A DNA stretch of 64,000 nucleotides from a virus. Made by a program: the position numbers and the translations under genes. The stretch spans positions 5,172 to 69,171 of IMG/VR virus record IMGVR_UViG_3300037419_000526; one strand, written 5' to 3'. The notes under the pieces were generated by a model that was not told the DNA's origin, searched no databases, and was given only the letters and a program-made list of their open reading frames with translations. Below, piece by piece: positions 30,512-39,300 of the stretch; the stretch's first letter is position 1, and every line of letters begins with the position of its first letter.

Positions 30512-32239
30512 TTAGAATTGCTGTGGATTCTGTTGCAAGAAGTCGTCCAAATCCCACAGCTTGTGTCGTGCATTCTCGTAGTAGTACTTGCCAACAATAC
30601 CTGTCTCGCCAACACCACGAGCCTTAGTCATCTTGCAGATTGTTGTGTTACGCTCAACCGGGTCTTCAGCCTCCTTGTTGCGCTGAATGATAAGATTGAT
30701 ACCGCTGCTCTTAAAAATACTGCTGTGACCGTGCATATCTTCTTCTGACAGATCGGCACCTTTACTGTTCGCTTTCTGCCCTTGTCCAGATTTCCGCGAA
30801 TGTGAGATGTTAATGAAATTGATGCCCTTCTTCATCCAACCCTTCTGCCACGCCATGAACTTCGCCTGCTCATCTTCTGGTAGAAGGTCGAAAACATCCT
30901 GAATTGGGTCTGTCACGATCAAATTGCAACCGAGACTAACAATTAGGTATTCCACACGAGCTTTCAGGGTATCAACCTCTGCATCCAGTACGTAAAATCG
31001 CGGACTGCCATCAGGTTTCTTAAACAAAATCTGCTTAGCCTGTGCGGCATCATCGGAATCGATGAAACTAAGTCGCTCCTCTACAGACTCAAGAAGATTG
31101 ACTTTGTACTCCATAAAACTGGATAACAAGTTTACCGCGTACTCACCCTCCCCAGCCTCAAGAGAGATAACACCGACAGTGCGGTCAGTGTTCATAATAA
31201 AGTGAAGCGTCATAGCATCAACAAATGTACTCTTGCCTTGGCCGGAAGCACTGAGCAGGGTGCAGATTGACCCCACAGGCAAGCCCCCGCGAAGCATCTT
31301 TTGTAGCTTGTGCATAAACGGAGGCAGAGAAATACGAGGAATGCTCAAGTACTCTCGCATCTTGTCTTCCAAGTCCGTACTTGCCGTAACGCCATGTGGT
31401 ACGTACTTCTTAGCCGCGTAATAATCGTTGATGAATTCTTGCTGCTTACCTTTGTCAACATAGATGTCGGCATCTTTGTACCGCATCTTCATAACCCAAG
31501 CTTTACCCTTCGGCAAAACTTTTACGATCTCTTCAGTTGCCTTGTGTCCCGCCTCATCATCATCCATGCACACTAGCACACGATCAAATTGTGCAAAAAA
31601 GTCATACTGTGCTTTGACTTGCTTATGTGCACCAGACTCACCCAACGTAGAGCACACTACAGCCACAGTCTCGTAGTCAGTCTTACCTCGTGCAACTTGG
31701 TGGTCGTACAACATCTTGTAAGTGTTAAGCGCCTTGGTTTCGCCGCCACTAATGATACACGTCTTAGTGTGAGTCTTAAAGCGGAACTGAAACACCATGT
31801 CGCACTCTTTACCGACCTGTCCAATAGGGTGCGAGAAGTCTTTTGGAAACACGCGTGTGCGGTAACCACATAACTCCCCGCCAACCGTTGTAGGTACATA
31901 CTGCTTAATTGGCTCGCCAGTGGCTTCATCGTACTCGTAGCGTACACCGAAAAAAGTGTTGATGTCTTTGCTAATGCCACGATAACCCTTACCATCCGTG
32001 CCAGTTCGGTTCTTAATACGCTCGTTCTCTTCGGGGGTGATCTTCTCCCTAGTCACAACTTCCTCCTCATAACAATCTTGTTTATCAATTCCTAGCTCAG
32101 CTTTCCGCTCGTCCGAGAGAATGCTCTTGTTGCAACTATAGCAGTACCCACCATTACCCTCGCCATACCAATGAAAGCCGTCGCTAGAGCCGCATCCTAC
32201 AAATGGACAGGCGTTCTTGCCAACGACAAATTCTGCCAC
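30512..32239 (-). CDS. primase-helicase (T7 gp4-like: zinc-ribbon primase + DnaB-family helicase)
   Basis: N-terminal CPFVGCGSSDGFHWYGEGNGGYCYSC zinc ribbon; Walker A LLSASGQGKSTFV; 575 aa. Confidence 0.8.
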   Translation of the reverse strand: MAEFVVGKNACPFVGCGSSDGFHWYGEGNGGYCYSCNKSILSDERKAELGIDKQDCYEEEVVTREKITPEENERIKNRTGTDGKGYRGISKDINTFFGVRYEYDEATGEPIKQYVPTTVGGELCGYRTRVFPKDFSHPIGQVGKECDMVFQFRFKTHTKTCIISGGETKALNTYKMLYDHQVARGKTDYETVAVVCSTLGESGAHKQVKAQYDFFAQFDRVLVCMDDDEAGHKATEEIVKVLPKGKAWVMKMRYKDADIYVDKGKQQEFINDYYAAKKYVPHGVTASTDLEDKMREYLSIPRISLPPFMHKLQKMLRGGLPVGSICTLLSASGQGKSTFVDAMTLHFIMNTDRTVGVISLEAGEGEYAVNLLSSFMEYKVNLLESVEERLSFIDSDDAAQAKQILFKKPDGSPRFYVLDAEVDTLKARVEYLIVSLGCNLIVTDPIQDVFDLLPEDEQAKFMAWQKGWMKKGINFINISHSRKSGQGQKANSKGADLSEEDMHGHSSIFKSSGINLIIQRNKEAEDPVERNTTICKMTKARGVGETGIVGKYYYENARHKLWDLDDFLQQNPQQF

Positions 32240-32422
32240 TCAACCCTCCTTAAACTTCACCTCGTGCCCACTCATAGCCAACAAATCATAAATTTCTTGA
32301 GCAATCTCTTGAAGCGTCTGCGACTTGTTGAACTCAGCAGCCAACGTGCACCGACCCTTCCAATTAGTTGCCCATACATGAACAGTGTCGTAGAACACTT
32401 CGATTTCGTATCTGTCGCTCAT
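32240..32422 (-). CDS. hypothetical protein
   Basis: 60 aa directly downstream of primase-helicase. Confidence 0.4.
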   Translation of the reverse strand: MSDRYEIEVFYDTVHVWATNWKGRCTLAAEFNKSQTLQEIAQEIYDLLAMSGHEVKFKEG

Positions 32423-32574
32423 TGAATCCCCTTCTCAAATTCATCAGCAAACGCCCTAATCTCCTGCCAAAGCGCACTCGGATCAAACTCGTCAGTTCCT
32501 TCTACAGATTCGTAGTAGTAGCTCTCGGACTGTAATTTGAGGAACAAAATTAGGTCTTCAAAGACTTGTTTCAT
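32419..32574 (-). CDS. hypothetical small protein (51 aa)
   Basis: MKQVFEDLILFLKLQSESYYY..; ATGA overlap downstream. Confidence 0.35.
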   Translation of the reverse strand: MKQVFEDLILFLKLQSESYYYESVEGTDEFDPSALWQEIRAFADEFEKGIQ

Positions 32575-32782
32575 CTTTGTCTTTCGCTTTGATAACAGTG
32601 ATTTTTGCGAGCATAAATAGAAGCATCAATGAAGTCATCATCGGACCACCTATCATACCCATAAATATATCAAACAACGTCACGTTCAGATATGTAAACG
32701 TGATATAGAACAGATAAATGTTGACTGGTGCAAACGACAGCCATAGCAAAAGCAGGATTAACATGCTGCTCTCACTTAACAT
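32558..32782 (-). CDS. small integral membrane protein (2 TM)
   Basis: 74 aa; overlaps SPFH gene stop by 11 nt. Confidence 0.4.
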   Translation of the reverse strand: MLSESSMLILLLLWLSFAPVNIYLFYITFTYLNVTLFDIFMGMIGGPMMTSLMLLFMLAKITVIKAKDKDETSL

Positions 32783-33647
32783 TCATAAACGGCACAGGGG
32801 CACTGCCATACACAGACGTAGGAAGTACGCCATTCCAACGACTTGCACGAGTTTGCTCCACTTCAATGCGACGCAGTTCCAGCATGTCCTTGTTCTGCGC
32901 AAGAGCCTGAGCTTTCACACGAATGCTGTCAGCCTCAGCTTGTGCTGCTTTAGTGGTGGCGTATGCTTGGCCGTCAGCGCGAACTTTCTGAGCATTTGAT
33001 TCAGCTTCGGCAATAGCAACCTTCTGCTTCTGCTCGGCTTCCACAGTTTTCAGCTTGTTCTCGGCACCTTGACGAAGCTGCTCTTGCGTCACCTTCTCAT
33101 TAATAGCGGCCATGTAGCTCGGGCTGAACGAGAAGCTACGCATATCAATGCTAATCACCTGAGCGCCATACATGTCAAGCTTCTTAGCCAACAGAGTGCG
33201 GATATCTCCGCTCACCTTAGCACGCTGCATAATAAGATCAGGTGCAGAGTATTGAGCCGTCACAGCTTTGAACACTTCTTGCGTCGCCGTCTGCACGTAA
33301 CTAGACAAATCACCGTCATGAGAGTATTTCTCGTACACTTCGCTTACCTTGTTGGTGGCAACACTATAGCGGACAGTCATACTCACCTTGACAGGTTGTT
33401 GATCGCTCGTGCTACCTTCCGCATTTTCAATGTCAGCCTTCTCAGCACGAATGTTGAAGATGGTGAGTTTCTTCCACGGAGGCAGAATCACCAACCCTTC
33501 GTCTTCGATGCCAGAAATCTTACCGAATGTGGTGACAACACCGCGAGAGCCAGTTGGGACAGAGTTGAAAGGGTTGATCCATGCGGCCAGAATTAGTGCC
33601 GCGATGCCTGCCACTCCGTATGCTACGAATTTGTTGTTTACGTTCAT
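32772..33647 (-). CDS. SPFH/band-7 (stomatin-prohibitin-HflC-like) membrane protein
   Basis: N-terminal TM then PFNSVPTGSRGVVTTFGKISGIEDEGLVILPPWKK SPFH core and long C-terminal coiled coil. Confidence 0.7.
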   Translation of the reverse strand: MNVNNKFVAYGVAGIAALILAAWINPFNSVPTGSRGVVTTFGKISGIEDEGLVILPPWKKLTIFNIRAEKADIENAEGSTSDQQPVKVSMTVRYSVATNKVSEVYEKYSHDGDLSSYVQTATQEVFKAVTAQYSAPDLIMQRAKVSGDIRTLLAKKLDMYGAQVISIDMRSFSFSPSYMAAINEKVTQEQLRQGAENKLKTVEAEQKQKVAIAEAESNAQKVRADGQAYATTKAAQAEADSIRVKAQALAQNKDMLELRRIEVEQTRASRWNGVLPTSVYGSAPVPFMNVK

Positions 33648-33660
33648 GTTTCCTCCTCAG

Positions 33661-33685
33661 TTAAAATGAAAGGGCCGAAAGGCCC
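33661..33685 (-). terminator. rho-independent terminator on minus strand
   Basis: rc reads GGGCCtttcGGCCC followed by TTTCATTTT; just downstream of the 33698 gene stop. Confidence 0.5.
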
Positions 33686-33697
33686 TCCCTCTACAGG

Positions 33698-34033
33698 TTA
33701 CGCACCGCCGATTTCTTCGCTCTTAGCAGATTTCTTCCGACGAGCAAACTTAGTCACGCCCACCAGACCAAACAGGCCGAAGCCCAAGCCAGCCATCGCA
33801 AGCGAATCGCTACCCTCATCTTGTGCAGCCACTTGCGGAGCCGACACAGGCACGGACACAGTGCAGCAATCCATAGCGCCAATGTAGGGTGCGCTCACAT
33901 CCTGTGCTGTTGCCGTGGTAGAGACACTGGGCGACGACACACGGCCATCGTAAGAGGCCGACACAGGCAGGCTTTGCGAGAATGCTACCGAAGCGCACAG
34001 GAACATTGCAGTGAAAGCGATAATTTTCTTCAT
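33698..34033 (-). CDS. secreted protein with signal peptide and C-terminal hydrophobic anchor + basic tail
   Basis: MKKIIAFTAMFLCASVAFSQ signal; C-terminus AMAGLGFGLFGLVGVTKFARRKKSAKSEE. Confidence 0.45.
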   Translation of the reverse strand: MKKIIAFTAMFLCASVAFSQSLPVSASYDGRVSSPSVSTTATAQDVSAPYIGAMDCCTVSVPVSAPQVAAQDEGSDSLAMAGLGFGLFGLVGVTKFARRKKSAKSEEIGGA

Positions 34034-34107
34034 GGTTATATCCTTTGTTATTGAAGTTACGCCCGAAAGTGAGCGTGAGTCCATATTACACGAGAACTAA
34101 TGTTGAG

Positions 34108-34839
34108 TCAAGCAGAAAGTTCAAACGCTTTAACGCTCTCAGGGAACTTGTCTTCGAGGATGGCAAGCAGCTTGCGTCCAAACTCCTGTGCTGCCCCCTG
34201 TGCATGACTGTCCACACGCTGTTTCACAACACGCATAAATGCCATCAAGCTTCCGCTCCAAATCCAGTGAGTCATACTGTTCAACGGAAGGACGATTCTG
34301 GCCTCTTCTCCCGCCACACCTTCTTCAATCAGATCATAGTAGGTTTTCACCTGATTCTCTGTGCTGAGTTGCATAAGCTCTTTGGCTGTTACGACTCCAT
34401 AAATAAGATTTGTGTGAGGTTCCTTACTCGCGCCCTGCTTAACGCTCTCAGGTTTCTTGTGCACCGCTTCTGGCAACCACAGTGCAACATCTTCAGTGAT
34501 GTATCTGCGGCTCTCCTCATTCCAGCACAGGCCAATCTGATGCTTTACAAGTTGGCGTGCAAGGAAGATCGGAGCTGAGCAACGCAGCGTAAGAAAGCAA
34601 TGTCCGTATGGGGTGAAATGAGTGCTCGCCTTAGCACGTTTCTCCCAATCGTCGCGTTCACTGCTTGGCAAGCCTGTTGCAAGATACGACAGCAATCCTT
34701 TCTGCTTGTCGTTAATCTCAAGTGACTCATCATCCCATTTGTTGAAACTGACTTTTGCTACATTGGATACGCGAAGATCGCTGCCCATGTAATCGATCAG
34801 TTCTACGCCAATTTCTTCGTATTTAATTTCTCGCGTCAC
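34108..34839 (-). CDS. thyX: ThyX-like (flavin-dependent thymidylate synthase family) protein with variant active-site motif
   Basis: HFTPYGHCFLTLRCSAPIFLARQLVKHQ...NEESRRY and EARIVLPLNSMT match ThyX signature but RHR replaced by KHQ. Confidence 0.55.
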   Translation of the reverse strand: MTREIKYEEIGVELIDYMGSDLRVSNVAKVSFNKWDDESLEINDKQKGLLSYLATGLPSSERDDWEKRAKASTHFTPYGHCFLTLRCSAPIFLARQLVKHQIGLCWNEESRRYITEDVALWLPEAVHKKPESVKQGASKEPHTNLIYGVVTAKELMQLSTENQVKTYYDLIEEGVAGEEARIVLPLNSMTHWIWSGSLMAFMRVVKQRVDSHAQGAAQEFGRKLLAILEDKFPESVKAFELSA

Positions 34840-35042
34840 TTAACTTTCTCCACATCCACAACATCGCTAAAATTCTTAAGAATGCCAATTACGAAGTCAC
34901 TCTTTTGCTCTGCATCTTCGTCGTTCTCACAGAGGATTCCCACGCGAAAGTCCATGTCATACCTGTGCAGTTTAGGTTTGGACGCCTTTTTCTGCTCTAT
35001 TCGTGCTTCAAAGTTCTTTAGCATTTCGTCGTTCATATTCAA
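34836..35042 (-). CDS. hypothetical protein
   Basis: 68 aa. Confidence 0.4.
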   Translation of the reverse strand: MNMNDEMLKNFEARIEQKKASKPKLHRYDMDFRVGILCENDEDAEQKSDFVIGILKNFSDVVDVEKVK

Positions 35043-35254
35043 CCCTTGTCAATGTTTTCGTAAAGAAGGTCGTCTTCCAACCCTTCCTCGCAATATTCTT
35101 CGTCAGAACACTCCACATCAATGATGCCAGAGTCACTTACATAAACTTCATTGTTGAGCGCCACCTCGTCAGTGATCTTGTCGGCTTTCTCTTGAGCATC
35201 TGCCCAGTTATCCGCTTCAAAAGTGGCCCAAAGTGATACGCTAAATTTTGGCAT
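35039..35254 (-). CDS. hypothetical acidic protein
   Basis: 71 aa, highly acidic. Confidence 0.4.
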   Translation of the reverse strand: MPKFSVSLWATFEADNWADAQEKADKITDEVALNNEVYVSDSGIIDVECSDEEYCEEGLEDDLLYENIDKG

Positions 35255-35472
35255 TATTTCTCAAGCCCTTCCAATCGATAGTAAGCCTCGGTTAGTTCAA
35301 CGGCAACCCAACGAGTCTGCTCTTTCCACTTCACTTGTTTGTCTTTTGCCCAGTATTTCTGCCCAGCGTGAAAACTGCTTTGCAAAGAGTTCTTAGCCTT
35401 CCATGCAATCTTACCATTCCATTCTGAAAACAGTCCTGTCGCGGTGTCTAGGATTGCGTAGATTTTATTCAT
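35254..35472 (-). CDS. hypothetical protein
   Basis: 72 aa. Confidence 0.4.
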   Translation of the reverse strand: MNKIYAILDTATGLFSEWNGKIAWKAKNSLQSSFHAGQKYWAKDKQVKWKEQTRWVAVELTEAYYRLEGLEK

Positions 35473-35630
35473 TCATCCTCCCCGTATTGCTCTTGATAAA
35501 TCTCATGTGCGTAATCGTAGCCATCCCAGTTATCTACGCCGGCGGCGTCCAGACAAGACAGCCACTGAGAATCTTCCAACAGAGACTCATATTCTTTCTT
35601 GCTAATCGTTACAGTTTCTTCGGTATTCAT
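35469..35630 (-). CDS. hypothetical small acidic protein (53 aa)
   Basis: MNTEETVTISKKEYESLLEDSQW..; AGGAG RBS 7 nt upstream; ATGA overlap downstream. Confidence 0.4.
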   Translation of the reverse strand: MNTEETVTISKKEYESLLEDSQWLSCLDAAGVDNWDGYDYAHEIYQEQYGEDE

Positions 35631-35640
35631 TTCATTTCTC

Positions 35641-36036
35641 CTAACAATAAAACCTCAATTTAGTTTCCACAAGTTCCAAGCGCTTCCTCTTCGCCCAACT
35701 TGGCTTAGGGCCGCTATGGAAAAATTCCCCACATCGCAAAACAGGCTTCATTCTAGAGATTACTCTGAAGCTTGTCAATTCTTTTCGCTCCACCCTCAAC
35801 CTCATCCCACGCCTATACCAAGAAAACTGATGCGCTTGCGACACAGTGGCCTTACAACTCTTGTGCATCTTACGCATGCGATTCTCAAGGACATCTAAGA
35901 CAGCACGACGACTTCGTTTGCTCTCAGACCCCGCTTCACGCATTATTGTGTACGCTTTGCACTGTTCGTCAGCACTCTTGGCTTGTGCACCTTGCGACAA
36001 TAGCAGCACTAGGAAGAGAGCCCCTGTTGTGCTCAA
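35641..36036 (-). CDS. secreted cell-wall hydrolase (SleB/Hydrolase_2-like)
   Basis: signal peptide LFLVLLLSQGAQA; YTIMREAGSESKRSRRAVLDVLENR resembles the ..GEARGE...AVA.V..NR core. Confidence 0.45.
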   Translation of the reverse strand: MSTTGALFLVLLLSQGAQAKSADEQCKAYTIMREAGSESKRSRRAVLDVLENRMRKMHKSCKATVSQAHQFSWYRRGMRLRVERKELTSFRVISRMKPVLRCGEFFHSGPKPSWAKRKRLELVETKLRFYC

Positions 36037-36048
36037 ACGTCGTCCTTC

Positions 36049-36942
36049 TCAAAGATCATCTTCATCCCTCCATCCAAGAAAAATAGGAAAGCGATAGCTA
36101 TCCTTCATACCAACAGCAAAATACTTAAACTTAGCAAGTTTGCCTATATACTTATCACGATTGGCCCACACTTCAGCACGCGATGCGTCATCGAATCCAC
36201 TACCCATAGTAAAACGAATACCATTACACTCACAGACTAGCGCACCAAGAGTGTTCGCACCCACTAACCCTTCTTTACTGCTACTGCGTTCACTGTAGCC
36301 AAGCTCGTTCGTCTTCTTTTCATTCGTGTTGGTAAGCTTTTCTTCAAATCCGATCACAATGGCCTCTGCGTCAGAGAACCGCTTGATCTTTCCAATGATG
36401 CCCTCTTTTTCTGTACTGCGACCTTGCTTGTATTTGCCGTCAATCGACCTTACCATAACACCTTCGTAGCCAGCATCAAGGCATTCTTGTTCAAACTCCA
36501 AAAGCTGTTTCTCGCAACTAATAAGTCGTTGTGCGGCCAAGGCGACTTTGACACCATCACACCGTCCAGCAGCAGAACTTAGACGAACATGGTACACATC
36601 GTTCACAGAAAAGTCGTCAAACACTGCCAACTTAATTCTGCCTTCATCAAACCCTTCTTTAAGTTCTGTGCTCATCACAGCTTGAGTTGTCAGATTAAAC
36701 ACATTTGGTGCTGCCCATTCACCATACAACACCTCTGCGTCCAGCCCGTTATACTCAGTTTTGCCGAACATCTCTTGCACAGTCTTACTGCGGATAGGCT
36801 TCATACTCCGTGAGTACACCACGCCGTCAATAACAACGACACGGATGCCGTCCAGCTTGACGCTCGCGTATAGAGGATAAGTTAGCTTACTGGTATCCTC
36901 ACAAGTGAATGCGAGCATAGGTTTAAATTTTACTGTTGTCAT
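36049..36942 (-). CDS. ATP-dependent DNA ligase
   Basis: motif I KLDGIR (KxDG); ~297 aa; AAGGAA RBS for MTTVKFKP start. Confidence 0.75.
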   Translation of the reverse strand: MTTVKFKPMLAFTCEDTSKLTYPLYASVKLDGIRVVVIDGVVYSRSMKPIRSKTVQEMFGKTEYNGLDAEVLYGEWAAPNVFNLTTQAVMSTELKEGFDEGRIKLAVFDDFSVNDVYHVRLSSAAGRCDGVKVALAAQRLISCEKQLLEFEQECLDAGYEGVMVRSIDGKYKQGRSTEKEGIIGKIKRFSDAEAIVIGFEEKLTNTNEKKTNELGYSERSSSKEGLVGANTLGALVCECNGIRFTMGSGFDDASRAEVWANRDKYIGKLAKFKYFAVGMKDSYRFPIFLGWRDEDDL

Positions 36943-36943
36943 G

Positions 36944-37561
36944 TCATTCCTTTGCAGAGGGATCATTGCGAGTAATTGTGCGTTCTGTCATATCCCAGTC
37001 GTAGTCGAATAAGTAATTATGTGCATTACCAACACGATTGTATTTGTTCTTAGAAATAGAAATCTTAGCGAAAGTTCTATATCCTTCGTGCTTTACATTA
37101 GCCACACGATGCACAATGGTGTTGTCAATGCGCAGTAACAATCCGTTATCGTATGTTTTGATATTCTCCGAACGAGCCTGTTGCTCCATCTCTTGCATCG
37201 ACAAAGTGTGGTCTTTGCTCAGATCAAACTCTTGGTTGACGCAGAACTCTGTAGGATAACTGTCGCTCCACAAAAAGTTGATGTCGTCAGTTCCGAAGCC
37301 ATCTATGTGCCAACCGGGACGATTCCAACTGCATGTGGAGCTGGTGAACAACTTCTTAGCTGGCAGGTAAACATAGTCGTCTAGCAACAAGTATCCGTAG
37401 ACAGCGCGAACAAGAGGCCAAAATACTTCAAGATTCTTTGGTAGTAAAATACGACTGTCGTGTGCCATCTTGATTGGCATGTCTTGAACAAACATCATTT
37501 CGCTGCACTGAATGTTAAATCGGCCTATCTGTAATGGCTCTTTGCTGAAGACTTTCATCAT
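36944..37561 (-). CDS. hypothetical protein (possible HxD...H metal-dependent oxygenase-like)
   Basis: 205 aa; WHIDGFGTDD and distal IVHRV...RTFAKIS; weak. Confidence 0.35.
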   Translation of the reverse strand: MMKVFSKEPLQIGRFNIQCSEMMFVQDMPIKMAHDSRILLPKNLEVFWPLVRAVYGYLLLDDYVYLPAKKLFTSSTCSWNRPGWHIDGFGTDDINFLWSDSYPTEFCVNQEFDLSKDHTLSMQEMEQQARSENIKTYDNGLLLRIDNTIVHRVANVKHEGYRTFAKISISKNKYNRVGNAHNYLFDYDWDMTERTITRNDPSAKE

Positions 37562-37809
37562 CGATCCGTATCATAAGGTTGTTGGAAGTTATGTGAGAGC
37601 TCGTCCGTCGCGCGCTGTTCTTCCGTACGACTATCCTCATACTGCCAATCCATCCACCGCACCATCTCCTCGAATGCATCCTGCGAATACTTGGCATATT
37701 CTTCTTTCGTAGGAATGTCTGTGCTGTGCGAACGGCAAGCAATGTTAAGAACTTCTGTGTAGCCAAAGTCTCTGCTCCAGCAGTAGTCCATCAGTTCAAG
37801 CTTGGTCAT
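37558..37809 (-). CDS. hypothetical protein
   Basis: 83 aa acidic. Confidence 0.4.
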   Translation of the reverse strand: MTKLELMDYCWSRDFGYTEVLNIACRSHSTDIPTKEEYAKYSQDAFEEMVRWMDWQYEDSRTEEQRATDELSHNFQQPYDTDR

Positions 37810-38114
37810 ACTGTCTCCTCTACAAGCTTAGGGTTCGGCGTGAAAATTTGCTTCACTTTCTCTGTTGCCCAAGAGTCAAGCTGTCCTGGGTAGCGCTTGA
37901 GTTTCAAGTTTACATGTTCTACAATAGATTGTTTACTGCGCCCTTGTACCTGTACAAGATAGCCAACAATCTTACCGGGTCGCCCATCCGGTGTAAATCC
38001 GACCTGTTCAGCGATTCCTTCCAAAATAGTGCACTCTTTGCCGATAAATTCCTCAAACAACTTCCCTGTTGTGTTTACAATCACGCAAACACTCCCTACA
38101 GGATACTCCTTCAT
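37806..38114 (-). CDS. hypothetical protein (first gene of leftward operon)
   Basis: 102 aa from MKEYPVGS with AGGAGG RBS. Confidence 0.45.
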   Translation of the reverse strand: MKEYPVGSVCVIVNTTGKLFEEFIGKECTILEGIAEQVGFTPDGRPGKIVGYLVQVQGRSKQSIVEHVNLKLKRYPGQLDSWATEKVKQIFTPNPKLVEETV

Positions 38115-38220
38115 ACACCCTCCTTGTTTGTTCAGAGCCCTCATACTCGCACAAAGCTCTCCCGCTGTCAACAACAATTTTACGCCTGCTACGCAGCACA
38201 ACAATCTTAGCAGCACGGGC

Positions 38221-38249
38221 TTGACAGTGGCTTCGTAGGAGAGTATGAT
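38221..38249 (+). promoter_or_regulatory. sigma70 promoter TTGACA-N17-TATGAT
   Basis: TTGACA 38221-38226, TATGAT 38244-38249; 34 nt upstream of ATG 38283. Confidence 0.5.
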
Positions 38250-38282
38250 GCAGCTTGTTGTCAAATTTTATGGGAGGATGTT

Positions 38283-38930
38283 ATGAAGGTGAAAGTGATT
38301 AAAAGTGCACACGATGATCTGTGGTATAAGGGGGAAGTTGGTAAAGTGTTCACTGTAGAATGTATTTTGGCGTCCCCTGGCTGGTATCGCTTGCTCGGTG
38401 AGCACGGGCATGGTGCAAGGCTGCTGATGGTGGATGACACGGAAGTTCAAGATGAACAGCCCGAGTTCCCTTTTCGCGTACGTTGTATTGACGATGAACG
38501 CGCCGAGTATGCACTTAAGCGTGGTGAAATTTATGTTGCCACCGGCGAGTATCTTGAGAAAGATTATGTGTTGGAGGGCATCAACGCCTCTTGGCATAAG
38601 TGCCGTTTTGAAGTTGTGGAAGAGGATGCTACGCAAGATGAAGAACAACCTTCAGAAGAATACACAGGCTCGTCTGTCAGCTACTATAAAGTCGAAGTGA
38701 GTAAACCCACTAACCCTGACAGCGCTCCTTACGTAGCCGAGTGCAACGACATCATCGAAGCGCTCAACATGAACTATGCTGAAGGGAACGCTTTCAAAGC
38801 CATCTGGCGCTCCTGTGCAGCACGAGCACTAGGTGTGGCTAAGAAGGGCTACGACGATGGCTTGTACGATGCTGAAAAAGTTGTGTTCTTCGGCACACGA
38901 ATGGTGGAGATGGCTAAAAATGATTTCTGA
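38283..38930 (+). CDS. hypothetical protein with C-terminal DUF3310-like region
   Basis: 215 aa; C-terminal YYKVEV...ECNDIIEAL...GNAFKAIWR...DAEKVVFF pattern recalled as DUF3310; GGGAGG RBS. Confidence 0.4.
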   Translation: MKVKVIKSAHDDLWYKGEVGKVFTVECILASPGWYRLLGEHGHGARLLMVDDTEVQDEQPEFPFRVRCIDDERAEYALKRGEIYVATGEYLEKDYVLEGINASWHKCRFEVVEEDATQDEEQPSEEYTGSSVSYYKVEVSKPTNPDSAPYVAECNDIIEALNMNYAEGNAFKAIWRSCAARALGVAKKGYDDGLYDAEKVVFFGTRMVEMAKNDF

Positions 38931-38999
38931 ATTTGGCAGCAATTTATAACGAGAAGTTAGCTGCTGAGCTAGAATCCAGCACATAATGTCATCAACGAG

Positions 39000-39300
39000 G
39001 GGTATCTTGGGCATCCCCTCTAAATTCTCTTCTACACTTTATTCCAACTCTCCTCCAGCAACACGCCCTTCTGTATTCCTTTCACATCCCTCTAGGCGCA
39101 TCTCTCCCGTGCAACCTCCAGGGCTGCAAATTCAGAATGTACCTCTCCCTACCCACTGGCTTGCAGTGGTCACTTTTCAGCAGACAATAGACGTCCCTAC
39201 CCGTGCGTTACACGGCTCAAAAATTATCTCCAGTGTTCATCCTACTCTCACATCCTAATACACTACCTACCAATTCTGTTAGGTTTCCTGTTATCCGTTT
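39000..39300 (+). other. ~300-nt C-rich/G-poor polypyrimidine tract in a 770-bp noncoding region (rut-like)
   Basis: direct composition: CT-rich with repeated CCTCT/CCCTACCC motifs on + strand between two + genes. Confidence 0.4.
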
